Assembly (NCBI GenBank): GCA_011109175.1
Contig: RDEW01000033.1
Span: 186,001-250,000 of the forward strand
DNA length: 64,000 bases
Direction: 5' to 3'
From: Dicyema japonicum
Taxonomy: Eukaryota > Animalia > Dicyemida
Positions 14,748 to 25,599 of this stretch are shown here, one piece after another (the first letter of the stretch is position 1; the number at the start of each line of letters is the position of its first letter). The translations under genes were made by a program, and so were the position numbers. The notes beneath the pieces were generated by a model that saw only the letters and a program-made list of their open reading frames with translations, did not search any database and was not told where the DNA came from.

Positions 14748-16220
14748 ATGAAGCCCCATTCATATAGTGATTTCTGCAAAGAGGATATATACGTCTATAA
14801 TCCAAAGAGTGACTCGAAAACCACAAAAAAACCACAAAAATTAAATTTTCCACAAGTCAAAACCAAAGTGACTGAAGGAGGATATAAAATTCCAGCAAAA
14901 ATAGAAGAATTCACTGAAAAGGTTGAAATTTTTATTATTTTAGAAAATTCCCAAAAACGTGTTGGAGAAGAAACTATATTTTTCAATTTCAACACCTCCC
15001 CGATCATCAGTAGTTATAATTGATATTTTTAGAACGAAATTGCTAATCAAAAATTTGTCACAATCGATAACAGAAAAATTCCATCAAAAACGATTGATAA
15101 TGAAATTTTTAGAAAATCTGATAGAAAAGGAAATTCTGTAAATTCGACATCACTCTTGCATGAAAAGAAGGAATCATTTGAAACTCTAAGTTATTTCAAG
15201 TCAGAGGGATCAATAAATTCAGAGAAGGTGATTCCAATTCAAAGGGGGTATGAAAATGTAGTAAATTAAGTATTATGGAGATGGGTGATTATCAAAATTT
15301 GTCAAATGTACTAATAAATGGTAATATTTGTGATTTATTAAGACAATGTCATTACATTGGAGTATTTGCACAAAATAATATCCACGTGGTATATGCCTAG
15401 TATAACCAGAAATGAAGGTAAAACTTAAATATATAGATAGCAATAAGCATAGTGGAGAATGAACTCCCTGGTTCATTTATTATAAGAGAGAGCACTTCTT
15501 ATCCAAATAATTTCGTTTTAACCTTAAAAAATGGTAATATTTGTTGTAAAGACAGATTTAAACCAGATAACCCACTTTCTTATAGAGAGCAATAGAACAG
15601 GAGTTAGGATTCATGATAGAGAAAATGAGCCATTTTATCGTAAGTGAATATAATTACCACTTAGCCAATTTGGCCACACTGGTCCTCAAACATATAGAAT
15701 CTAAAGGAGCCCTTCCTCGCAAACTTGAGTTAATAAAAAAGGATTTATTAAAAGTAAGAAATATTCCAGACAAATCAAGTATTATAATGTCATATTAAGT
15801 GATTTATACTTTTTATTTGGAAACAGTGGAGATTGATTCCTCTCAAAAGTTTCACTCCCTTAAATACTGTGTCGATCTTATTATCTCTAAAAAGGATGAC
15901 TTAAGGCCTGTTCTTTGTAGGCTAATACGGAATGATGATTCTTTGATCATCAAAGACGTCAAAGAAGAGTTTTTATTATTTACAAATGTAGATGTTTCGA
16001 CATTAAAGTTATACCATTTGATAGTATTGAAATGATGTGTTATGATCCATACAGTAGAAGGATAAGTATAAAAAACTGTTTTGTCAGAGAAAAGAGGTTT
16101 TATTGGATTAATTTTAGAATTTTTGGAGTACTTTTGCTTACAAATGTTTGTCACGTGTTTGTGGACTCTCAGGATAATTCAGACTTGACTCAGTTATTTC
16201 CAAATCTATTTTGTTGTTAA
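14748..16220 (+). CDS. TNS: Short tensin-family protein (SH2 + PTB only)
   Basis: Spliced translation gives WYMPSITRNEAISIVENELPGSFIIRESTSY...THFLIESNRTGVRIHDRENEPFYPNLATLVLKHIESKGALPRKL (tensin SH2), then a PTB-like region ending DPYSRR...RIFGVLL..NVCHVFVD. Introns are 21-25 nt. Confidence 0.82.
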
Positions 16221-16289
16221 CGACTATTAATTATAAAATATTACCTTTTAAATAATTAAAATATCGACAATTTATTTTATATAATTATA

Positions 16290-16960
16290 TCACCAATTAG
16301 GTTTGTTGCATGCTTTCAGTGAGTTCAATCCGGGCATCCTGGAACTTATCAAGAAACGGGATGCTTTGAAGAAAATTGGAATGCAATCAGATGGCTCTAT
16401 ATACCATACGCTCTCTAAATTGCAGAATTTCCCAACTACACCGTGATAAACACAGACACAAGTGAAGTCGGCTTGTTGGTCTACTATGCCACAAGAACTT
16501 GTGTGGAACCTTCTGGAAGATACTAAAGAGTATCAACAGCCTCACAAAGGAAGATGACGACGGAGTGGAAACCGCTACCCTTGCCCGGATCATGCACGGA
16601 AACTCGCTAGTAACCTAATGAAATACTATGTGTCGATCAGCCACAAGGAGTTCTCTCGATCTCTGCATGTCAAACGAGGTGGTCCACAACAGTCGACATA
16701 TACGACGTTTTTCACTCCCTACGACGTGGAAAGAACTATTAAATTTCTACAGTGTTGGAGAAGCTTTTACTAATGTTAATCATCCCTGTTCTAAAATTTC
16801 CTGATTTTTAACATGACTTCAGATCAGGCCGTTCTACAACGACGCATTCGGGATCTGTCTCTCAGTTCATCACAGACGGGCTCTGGTGTCTATAGATATA
16901 CAGAAAGCTATCGACTCGGCTTAAAACTTTGTTAATAAATGCCGTATAGTATGAGAACCC
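16290..16960 (+). mobile_element. Decayed LINE RT fragment
   Basis: Broken frames with RT-like segments (VKRGGPQQS near 16670); no intact ORF. Confidence 0.4.
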
Positions 16961-17179
16961 GGGCCATCTTCGTGTCCGGCTAATAAGTCAAACTTATCAG
17001 TACAAAACATGTGGTTACAAGAGTCTTAATGAAACCAAAGGAATCACAATATATTTATGATAACCACAAATATTGAACAACTGCACATCATCAAAAGAAT
17101 TGAAAACGTAACAAAGGCAAAAGTTCAAAAAATTGATTGCTTCAAATCAAATTTATTCCAAAGTAAGTAAGGAGTTAGT

Positions 17180-20100
17180 TAAAGGGATTTTAATCGTGTC
17201 CGCCTTTGCGGCCTGGACACTTCACACGTATCCCATCTCCATTGTAGTCGTACATTTAGTACGTATTGTAAAGCTGGTTACCCAACCTTACTTGGATATC
17301 TATTTTTACCGGCCTGAAAAGGCTATTCTCTTCCTCGGAGAGGCTTTCATGTAATTTCCTCCCAGAGATATTTTATCGCCGCTCCCCTTGTTTTCTCCAG
17401 GCGAGCGAGAATCCTTTCTCTCGAGGGAGTATAAAACCATCCCTCGCATCCGTATATCAGTCTTGGAGAATCACAATTCGGAAGATATAGAGCATTGTAT
17501 CGGCATCCAACATTAGTTTTCTGGAGCAGAACATCGCTTGACGGCCTTCTTCCTCCGCTCCTCGATGTCCTTCCGATACGATCCTCTTCCATCCACTGCA
17601 ATCCCCAGGTATTTCAGGCTAAAGACTCTAGGTATCCGTAGCGTATAGGACTCTCTCGGTGCCGACCCAGCCTGCATATTCGCAAGTAACTGGATTTTTC
17701 TGTGGATAGATTCATCCCTCTCCTATCGCACCAAACCTGAACTCTGTCGACAAAAGCCCCGATTCTTCGCTCAGAGATGTAGGCCTTCAGAGATGAGTCT
17801 AGGATTAAGATGTCATCCGCATATATCATCAGCTTGGTCCTAACGTCTTGTGGAGAAGGAAAGTCTTCCATAAATATGTTGAATAATAGAAGGCTTAGAA
17901 TAGACCCCTGCGGCACTCCTCTTTTAAACAATATATCTTCGGAATATCTTCCACCACGTTTGCCAGTCAACAGGTTCTTCAGCCATAGGAACATTTGTCT
18001 TGAAATTTTTGATCAAAACAATTGACAGAATAAGGCCTCGTGCCATAAGCCTTAGAGATGTCAAGGCAGACAAGGCTCAACTGGCTCCTCTTCTCAAAAG
18101 CATTTGCAATCTCATAGTTTAGAGAGTGAATGCAATTTCCGCACGGCCGAAAACCCCATTGGTAACACTGTAGAAAATTAATCTTTTCTATATATCGATT
18201 CAATTTCTTGAAAATAATCCGTTCCATAATCTTCGATGTAGAACAGATAAGGCTTATAGGCCTATAACTAAGAGGATCTTTCCTCGACTTTCCAGGTTTA
18301 GGGATCATCTTTACAATTGAATGCTTCCATAGTGGAGGGGAATGTCCAAGCTTGAAACTCGCGTTATACATCTTTTGTAGAACAGATAGCAATTCATCGG
18401 ATCCTTCTTTAAACATAGTCATCGGAATGCTATCAAATCCAGGAGCCTTGTTTTTGCACTCTCGTATAGCAGTCTTGACTTCTGCCAAGGTGATTTCCTC
18501 TACCATACTATTCAGATCGTCTATGGAGTAATCCATAGAACTAGATATATCTTCTGAGAATTTTTCAGATATAATACTAACTGGGTCTACTCCCTGTATG
18601 TTTTCTAATTGTTTCCTGAATACTGAAGGTACTCTTTCCAGGGGAATTGTTCTTGCATCTTTATCCGCCAGTACAATGTTCTTTGCTCTCAAATTTTTGT
18701 TGGTCAGTCTGGAGTACAATTTCCAAATGCAAGGATTTTTCCAGTGCACTTTCGAGGCTGCTTTCCTAACTTGGTTTTCGGAATACAACTTCAAGGCTCT
18801 CTGTAGAACTTTTTGTATAGCATCGATATTATTTTTCAAAGTTATCCTGTCCCACATGTCCACACATCGTCTGTGCTTCGCCTTCAGAGTATTCCTCTCG
18901 CGAATAAGACTCCGAATAGAAAGGGCAAGAGTGATTCGCTTTCTGAAGGATTTTTGAGTAAACTTCTTTGCATATAATCGCAGATACATCATATTAGTAT
19001 TGGATAAATCTTGGTTGAAAACATCCAACTCATTATGTGTAGAAAAAGAATAATTAATCTTCATTAACATACTCTTCGATAAATAATGACGATAATGTTC
19101 CCAGTCTACCGACGAAATATCCTAATACAGAAAAATGTCTTCAATATTATCCGGTTCCAGATTTATAGTCATCTTCATAGGGATATGGTCACTCCTTATA
19201 TCCCAGAGTAAGCTTGGCCTGTCTACATAGTCTAGTAGTTGTGGAGACATTAAGGACAATCCCAGCATATCACCCGCATAGTTTGAGAAATGGTTAGGTT
19301 CTTCGGACGTCAAGACTTCGACTCTAATTTCCCCGATCAAATCTGCCAGTAGTTGACTGTCCCTGTTGTTTCCATAACTTCCATAAGCCTTGTTCTTGGC
19401 GTTCAGATCTCTTACCAGGATCGACAACGGGTTTCTTTCGAAGAACTCGACAATTTTCACAGAGGACCGGGCCAAGTCCTGAGAATATAGCTCTCTCACG
19501 GATATCCACGTTCCACCACATCTCACGTCGACAGACACGAATTCCGAATCGTCGGCCAATATAATGCAGTCGTTTCGAGTTTGCAATAGTTTATGAACGA
19601 AGATTGAGGTTCCTGTTCCAGCAACTGCTCCATCTTTCCATGGAATGTCCACTGAATCATATCCTTCCAGAATATAATTCCTTCCTTCTCGAATCTTCGT
19701 CTCGTTGACTACCAAGACATCTGCCTTGGCAGTCTTCATAAGTAGTGCTAGTTATCATGACTTTTCACCAAGGAGCGGGCATTCACCAGCACTAACTTTA
19801 GGTTTCTTTTCAGATTTCTTTTTGGTGGCCTGGGCTCTCCAAAGCTAGGTCCACCATTTCCAGTAAATCCACTCCTAGTGCATCACTCAATTCTTTCAGT
19901 CTTGTTATAATTTCATTTAGTTCTTCTTTGATTCTTTCTGGTATCTCTTCTTTGGTTTGCCAAACCGATTTCTTCGGTAGATCAGCTGAAGAGAGCTTGT
20001 TAACCCTTGGACCAATAATTCTTTTTCGTGTTAGTGTCTCAACTTTGTCGTCTATGACGTTCATAGATTTCAGATCTGCTTTTTTGACTTGGGGAATGAG

Positions 20101-21060
20101 CTTTCGCCTGGCCTCCACAATCACAGGGCATCCTTCATACCTTGCACCGTGTTTTGCTGATTCACAATTTATGCATTTCCGTTCAGAATCCATATCCATA
20201 TTACATTTGGAGATATCATGTTCTCCCGCGCAACGTAGACATCTTTGTTTTCCTGTGCACTGGTATGAAAAGTGACCGATCTGCTGACATTTATTGCAGA
20301 TCGGCGGTCCTCTTCTCTTCCATTGACAGGATATTTTGTTCACTCCAATGTAGAAACCACAACGTATTAACGATGTGGCTTCCGGACTACTCTTAATCGT
20401 GGCCTTCGCCATTGGCATGGGCCGCGATCCTTTGGACATTCGGGTTACTTTCGTAGTTGAGGGAGCCATCTCCTGGAGGTAGTCCAACAAGTCGTCCTCC
20501 CTCACCCAGAACGGAAGGTTCCTCAGGACAATCTCAGATGGTTTGGTTGAGATTGCCCTAAAGTGGTGGTTGTCCAGACCAAAGGGACAGGTCTCATTTA
20601 TGGCCTCCATGTAGGTGGCCATGTGTGAGTTGTCTCGGAAGTCCAGACGGAAAGAACCCGGTCCTCTGTGGCTCATTCTCATAGATCCGAGTTGGTCATA
20701 ATATTGTAAAACATTTGCGATTTTAATTGCATTCATAGTAGAATTCACTGTAATTAATATAGTCTTGTTTTCCGAATGATAGGATTTCATTAGTTCATCC
20801 GTATATTTAGATATATCTTTGGAATCGTATTTTGTAATAACATTCGGTTGTTTAACAAATTCAACCTTATGCGGAGTTATGATCTCTGGGGAGAATGATT
20901 CAGCAGTAGCACTTCCCGGAGGACGAGAAGAGCTCTTCACTTTAGTGCTTTTTCCTGGTTTTAATACAGGTATCTTGGTGTTTGTTTTCTTAACAATTTA
21001 TTCTGTAGAACTTTACTGTAGAACTGTAGAAATTACTGTAGAACGGTAGAAATTAAAATC
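17180..21060 (-). mobile_element. Near-full-length jockey/I-group LINE (gag-like ORF1 + APE-RT ORF2), ORF2 frameshifted
   Basis: ORF1 19810..20940 has three CCHC knuckles. ORF2 pieces: 19122..19739 (APE, SDHIP), 17979..19070 (KAPGFD, YRPISL, CLDISKA), 17614..17994 (GVPQGSILS, YADD) and 17347..17601. Structured 3' end at 17180-17250. Confidence 0.92.
19810..20940 (-). CDS. LINE ORF1 gag-like nucleic-acid-binding protein (376 aa, intact)
   Basis: CNKCQQIGHFSYQC...CLRCAGEHDISKC...CINCESAKHGARYEGCP zinc knuckles. Confidence 0.9.
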   Translation of the reverse strand: MKSSSRPPGSATAESFSPEIITPHKVEFVKQPNVITKYDSKDISKYTDELMKSYHSENKTILITVNSTMNAIKIANVLQYYDQLGSMRMSHRGPGSFRLDFRDNSHMATYMEAINETCPFGLDNHHFRAISTKPSEIVLRNLPFWVREDDLLDYLQEMAPSTTKVTRMSKGSRPMPMAKATIKSSPEATSLIRCGFYIGVNKISCQWKRRGPPICNKCQQIGHFSYQCTGKQRCLRCAGEHDISKCNMDMDSERKCINCESAKHGARYEGCPVIVEARRKLIPQVKKADLKSMNVIDDKVETLTRKRIIGPRVNKLSSADLPKKSVWQTKEEIPERIKEELNEIITRLKELSDALGVDLLEMVDLALESPGHQKEI

Positions 21061-21109
21061 AGAATGGTGTAAAATCAAAAAAAAATAAATCAGAATGGTG
21101 TAAAATCAA

Positions 21110-22060
21110 ATTTATTGCTTAGACAAGACAAGACAAATTTTATTTTCTAACAAACCCCAAAACTAATTACTGCAAAGAAACCAAAACCTGAACCAAAACT
21201 AATTAAGTGGGTTTGTATTCATCGTGTAGGGTCATTTTATGAGACACCACATGTCTCTACTTCGTTTGGACCCCAAAAATTACATCACATTTTCCATAAG
21301 TGATGTAATAATTTTTCTATCTTTCTGACTTTCAGGTCGTAATCCTCTTCGATATTGGATTTTAAGTCCAGTCCATATGCCAATTTAATCGCAAATCTTC
21401 TGGACTTTTCCAATTTTTGACAAAGACATCACTTTCTTTTATTCTAAACCATCCTTGATAACCATATATCATGAATGGTTCAACACACGCCGAATACACA
21501 AAAAGAAAAGTTTCAGGCTCCAAATGAAATCGAATTAAAGATTTCAACATTCCTGTAGCTTTCTTTCTTCGTGTTTTAATATGTTCCTTGAAAAATCCTC
21601 TTCGATCTATCAACAATCCGAGATAGTTCAATGTTTCAGAGATTTTTATATCCCCAGTATTCACACATTGATTAATATTTTTTCTTTTACTTGCAATCCA
21701 AGTGACTGTTGTTTTTTCCCTCGATAGATTCAACCCATTGTTTTGGCACCACTTTCCAATCTTAGTAATATGGGATTCAACCCTTTTCCATGAAATTTGT
21801 TTATTCATGCTTGAATCAAGCACAAGAATGTCAACAGCATAAATAATCATTTGACTATTTACGCTCTCTGTTTTCGGCAAATCTCTCATAACGCAATTTA
21901 AGAGTAGCGGACTGAGAATTGAACCCTGTGGAACTCTTCTTCGCAATTCAATTTTCTTTGAAATTAAATTTCCAACACGTATATATGACTTTCTTTTTGA
22001 AAGAAAGTTTTTTATCCATAATAACGCAGTTTTCCCAATTTCTGCTTTTGACAACGTATC
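21110..22060 (-). mobile_element. 5'-truncated jockey/I-group LINE (RT C-terminal half + 3' UTR)
   Basis: ORF 21362..22054 has VPQGSILSPLL and YAVD (degenerate YADD). 3' hairpin at 21228-21274. Confidence 0.85.
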
Positions 22061-22129
22061 AAGAAGTCCAAAGTGCCAAAATTTATTGATTACAGATAAC
22101 AGATAACATGATTTATTCGCAAAACCCCA

Positions 22130-23300
22130 ACTAACTAAACAAGGTAAGAGCCATTAACTAAAGAGGAAAGCCAAGATTTGGGGTCGTCTATATCGGGGCA
22201 CTCTCATGAGACACCGTATGTCTCTTCTCCGTAAAAAGCCCCAATTACAATGCGAGTTTCCACAAGCAATGTAATAAATCACCGATTCTTCTCGTTTTTC
22301 TTTCGTATTCGTCATCAATTTCAGATGCTAAATCCAATCCATGTGCTTCAATTTAGTTTCGTTTATAATTAGAACTTCCATCTGGATCGTGCTGGCTATA
22401 GCAACCAGCACTGAGGCCCGTTTCCGAAGAGAACGGGCATTAATCAGGGTTATCCTGACTACTTCTGGTTTTTTCGGTGGCTGCCCTCTCTTCTTAAGAG
22501 CACCACTCTCTTCTCTGTGTTGAAGCTTCTACTGTTTCTTTTTTAGAAGGTTTCTTATTATATGTCGTATTCCAGCCAGTCTGCCCATACATTCTAAACT
22601 CTGACTTTAATTTCTTATTCGTTCCAGTTTTGGAAACTTCACTTTCTCCATTATGGGCATTTTCTCGTTTTAGAAATAATTTTCCATTCGATTCTTTCCT
22701 TTTTTGGTCAATTTTGTTTTTCTTCGCAATGTTAGCTTCAACAGCCTTGGGGCATCTTCCATAATTTAGTTTCGTTTATAATTAGAACTTCCATCTGGAT
22801 CGTGCTGGCTATAGCAACCAGCACTGAGGCCCGTTTCCAAAGAGAACGGGCATTAATCAGGGTTATCCTGACTACTTCTGGTTTTTTTTCGGTGGCTGCC
22901 CTCTCTTCTCTGTATTGAAGCTTCTACTGTTTCTTTTTTAGAATGTTTCTTACTATATGTCCTATTCCAGCCAGTTTTAATTTCTTATTCGTTCCAATTT
23001 TGGAAACTTCACTTTCTCCATTATGGGCATTTTCTCGTTTTAGAGATAATTTTTCATTCGATTCTTTCCTTTTTGGTCAATTTTGTTTTTTTCGCTATGT
23101 TAGCTTCAACAGCCTTGGGACATCTTCAAAGTCGATGGATGAACCACAATTCAAAAAACTTATTATTGTTTTTAACTGGACACTGCGATCTTCTATGTGA
23201 ATCAGAACAAACAAAGCATCTTTCAACACATATCCATTAGGCCTGAAGTATGTTTCTCAAACTCGTAGTATATTTCTTCGTCTTGTAGAACCAGTGGCAC
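22130..23300 (-). mobile_element. Internally deleted jockey/I-group LINE with tandem duplication of the ORF1/ORF2 junction
   Basis: 3' UTR at 22130-22300 is homologous to that at 21200-21300. A segment is duplicated at 22350-22758 and 22763-23125 (offset 413 bp); it encodes the APE start RITLINARSLRKRASVLVAIASTIQMEVLIINETKL. Confidence 0.75.
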
Positions 23301-23567
23301 CACTTTTTTCACCAGTGGCACCACCTCGTCAGTCTTACCCTAAAAAATTTATTGCTTGCATAACACAGAAACCCTAAAAAAATTCATATTTGAATTATGT
23401 ATAATAAAATTTGGATAGCTTTTAACTAAGGAGTTATTTATAGTAATAGTATATTAATATTAAAGATAAAAAGAGAATTTATGGATAAAAATTACAAGTC
23501 AATTTAATTAGAGTTCAAACATCGTATTATGTCAATAAAATAAACTTTATGAATGTATAGGAACAAC

Positions 23568-23840
23568 CGAATTTACCCTAACCCATTCTCTTATTCACCC
23601 TAACTCATTTTCTAATTCAAACTAACTCCTAATTACTCTATTCCATTCTCTAATACAACATAACTCATTCTTTAATTTACCCTAACACATCTTTTAATTC
23701 ACCCTAATCCACTCTCTAATACATCCAAATCCATTCTTTTATTTAGCCTAACACATTCTCTAATACACCCTAATCCACTCTAATATTCCTTAACTCTTTC
23801 TCAAATAGACTCTAATCCATTCTTTAATTCACCCTAATTA
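23568..23840. repeat. Degenerate ~22-bp minisatellite built on CCCTAA (consensus about TAATTCACCCTAATCCATTCTC), ~12 units
   Basis: ACCCTAA recurs at 23575, 23597, 23679, 23701, 23767 and 23831, with degenerate units between them at a ~22-bp period. Confidence 0.8.
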
Positions 23841-23845
23841 ATCTG

Positions 23846-24500
23846 AAAATCGGGGACCGATGTCAAGGTCTCCCTTTTTTGTACCATATTACGTCGAACA
23901 TGTTTTTGGACGAAATTAAAAATTTCGTTTTTCCTTTAAAAATCGGAGACCGATGTCAAGGTCTTCCTTTTTTGTCCCATACTACGTCGAACATGTTTTT
24001 GGACGAAATTACAAAATTTCGTTTTTCCTTTAAAAATCGGAGACCGATGTCAATGTCTTTCTTTTTTGTCCTATACTACGTCGAACATGTTTTTGGACGA
24101 AATTACAAAATTTCGTTTTTCCTTTAAAAATCGGAGACCGATGTCAATGTCTTCCTTTTTTGTCCCATATTACGTCGAACATGTTTTTGGACGAAATTAC
24201 AAAATTTCGTTTTTCCTTTAAAAATCGGAGACCGATGTCAATGTCTTCCTTTTTTGTCCTATACTACGTCGAACATGTTTTTGGACGAAATTACAAAATT
24301 TTGTTTTTCCTTTAAAAATCGGGGACCGATGTCAAGGTCTCCCTGTTTTGTCCTATACTACGTCGAACATGTTTTTGGACGAAATTACAAAATTTCGTTT
24401 TTTCTTTAAAAATCGGAGACCGATGTCAATGTCTTCCTTTTTTGTCCTATACTACGTCGAACATGTTTTTGGACGAAATTAAAAATTTCGTTTTTCCTCT
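23846..24500. repeat. Tandem array of 7 x ~94-bp units
   Basis: The unit AAAATCGGAGACCGATGTCAATGTCTTCC...CGTCGAACATGTTTTTGGACGAAATTACAAAATTTCGTTTTTCCTTT repeats seven times near-identically. Confidence 0.97.
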
Positions 24501-25580
24501 GAAAAGAAGCCGGCAATTATTTGTTTTAGAATAATAGTAAGATTTATCAGCCCGGACGTGATACTTTACCCGGACGTGATGCTATACGACAATAAATATA
24601 AGATGTTTAACTCAAATTTACATCCGAGCATCATGCTATGGCTGGAAAATTTCTTAAATGGCCGACGTGGAAAAGTCTGGATTGGAAAAATTACTTTAAA
24701 ATCAAGACTACTCCCTAATGGGGTTCCACAAGGCTCCCCTCTTATTTAACTTATTTCTACACGATTTATTTATTATCAATCATCAGGACACCATGTTTTT
24801 ATCTTATGCGGACGACCTGATTATCGCTGCAAGGGACAAATCTCCCTCATGGCTATGGCGGTGGTTTAGTCACACCTCAACCAGGTCTGTGACTCCATGA
24901 ATTTTCTTTCTGTGTCTGGATCCAAGTCTCTGTTCACCCTATTTACTACGGACAGAAGATTTAAAGGTGGACTTGAGATATTCCTCGAAAACATTCCCAC
25001 CCCTTATACACGAATCCAGAAGATTTTTGGGGTAACTTTCGCCAGTCACACAGAGGAGGTGTTAAACAAGGGTCTTCGAAAATGGAACGCCCTAAAAGCC
25101 ATTGTAATAAGAGCCCCTCGCCTCCTATTGCTTGTGTCAGCAAAGTACATCTTCAAGTTATTGCGCCAACGATTGAATATGCTTGTTCTGCCTGGAGATT
25201 CGCCATTCCTTCTACGAGGGTGGAGCGCATGAATTCTTTCAGACGGAAGATCATGAGGCACATACAATCAGACTCCACATCCGTCCCCAATCTGCTTTCA
25301 GAGTAGGCAACGGTGAGAAATGGTTTGGGCTTCCTACGTATGTGCAATGAGCTAGGAAACCCATTCGGAAAGAAGGTGGTTCATGGGGAGGAATTCAGAT
25401 CGGCATTAAAAAAAGAGCAATCCGATAGAATTCCTCTGCAAAAATAAAAGAAGACACTTCAGAAACGCTGTTGGTTCACTGGCGGAGCATTCGAAGAGAA
25501 TTCGAGAGATCTTGGAGGATGGGATCACTTAATTTAGCAAGTTAATTTTTTCTTGGTGGTCTTGGGGTTAAATAAATATT
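24500..25580 (+). mobile_element. 5'-truncated Ingi/Vingi-like LINE (RT to 3' end)
   Basis: NGVPQGSP, SYADDL and PTIEYACSAW; 3' stem-loop and TTAAATAAAT tail at 25521-25577. Confidence 0.85.
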
Positions 25581-25599
25581 GATTGGTCAGTCCTCTACG

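Noticed and set aside
21056-21110. 24-bp duplication AAATCAGAATGGTGTAAAATCAAA as the TSD of an element
   Set aside because: The copies flank only a short A-run, not either neighbouring LINE.
23846-24500. CRISPR array
   Set aside because: Whole 94-bp units repeat, with no unique spacers and no cas genes; the context is eukaryotic.
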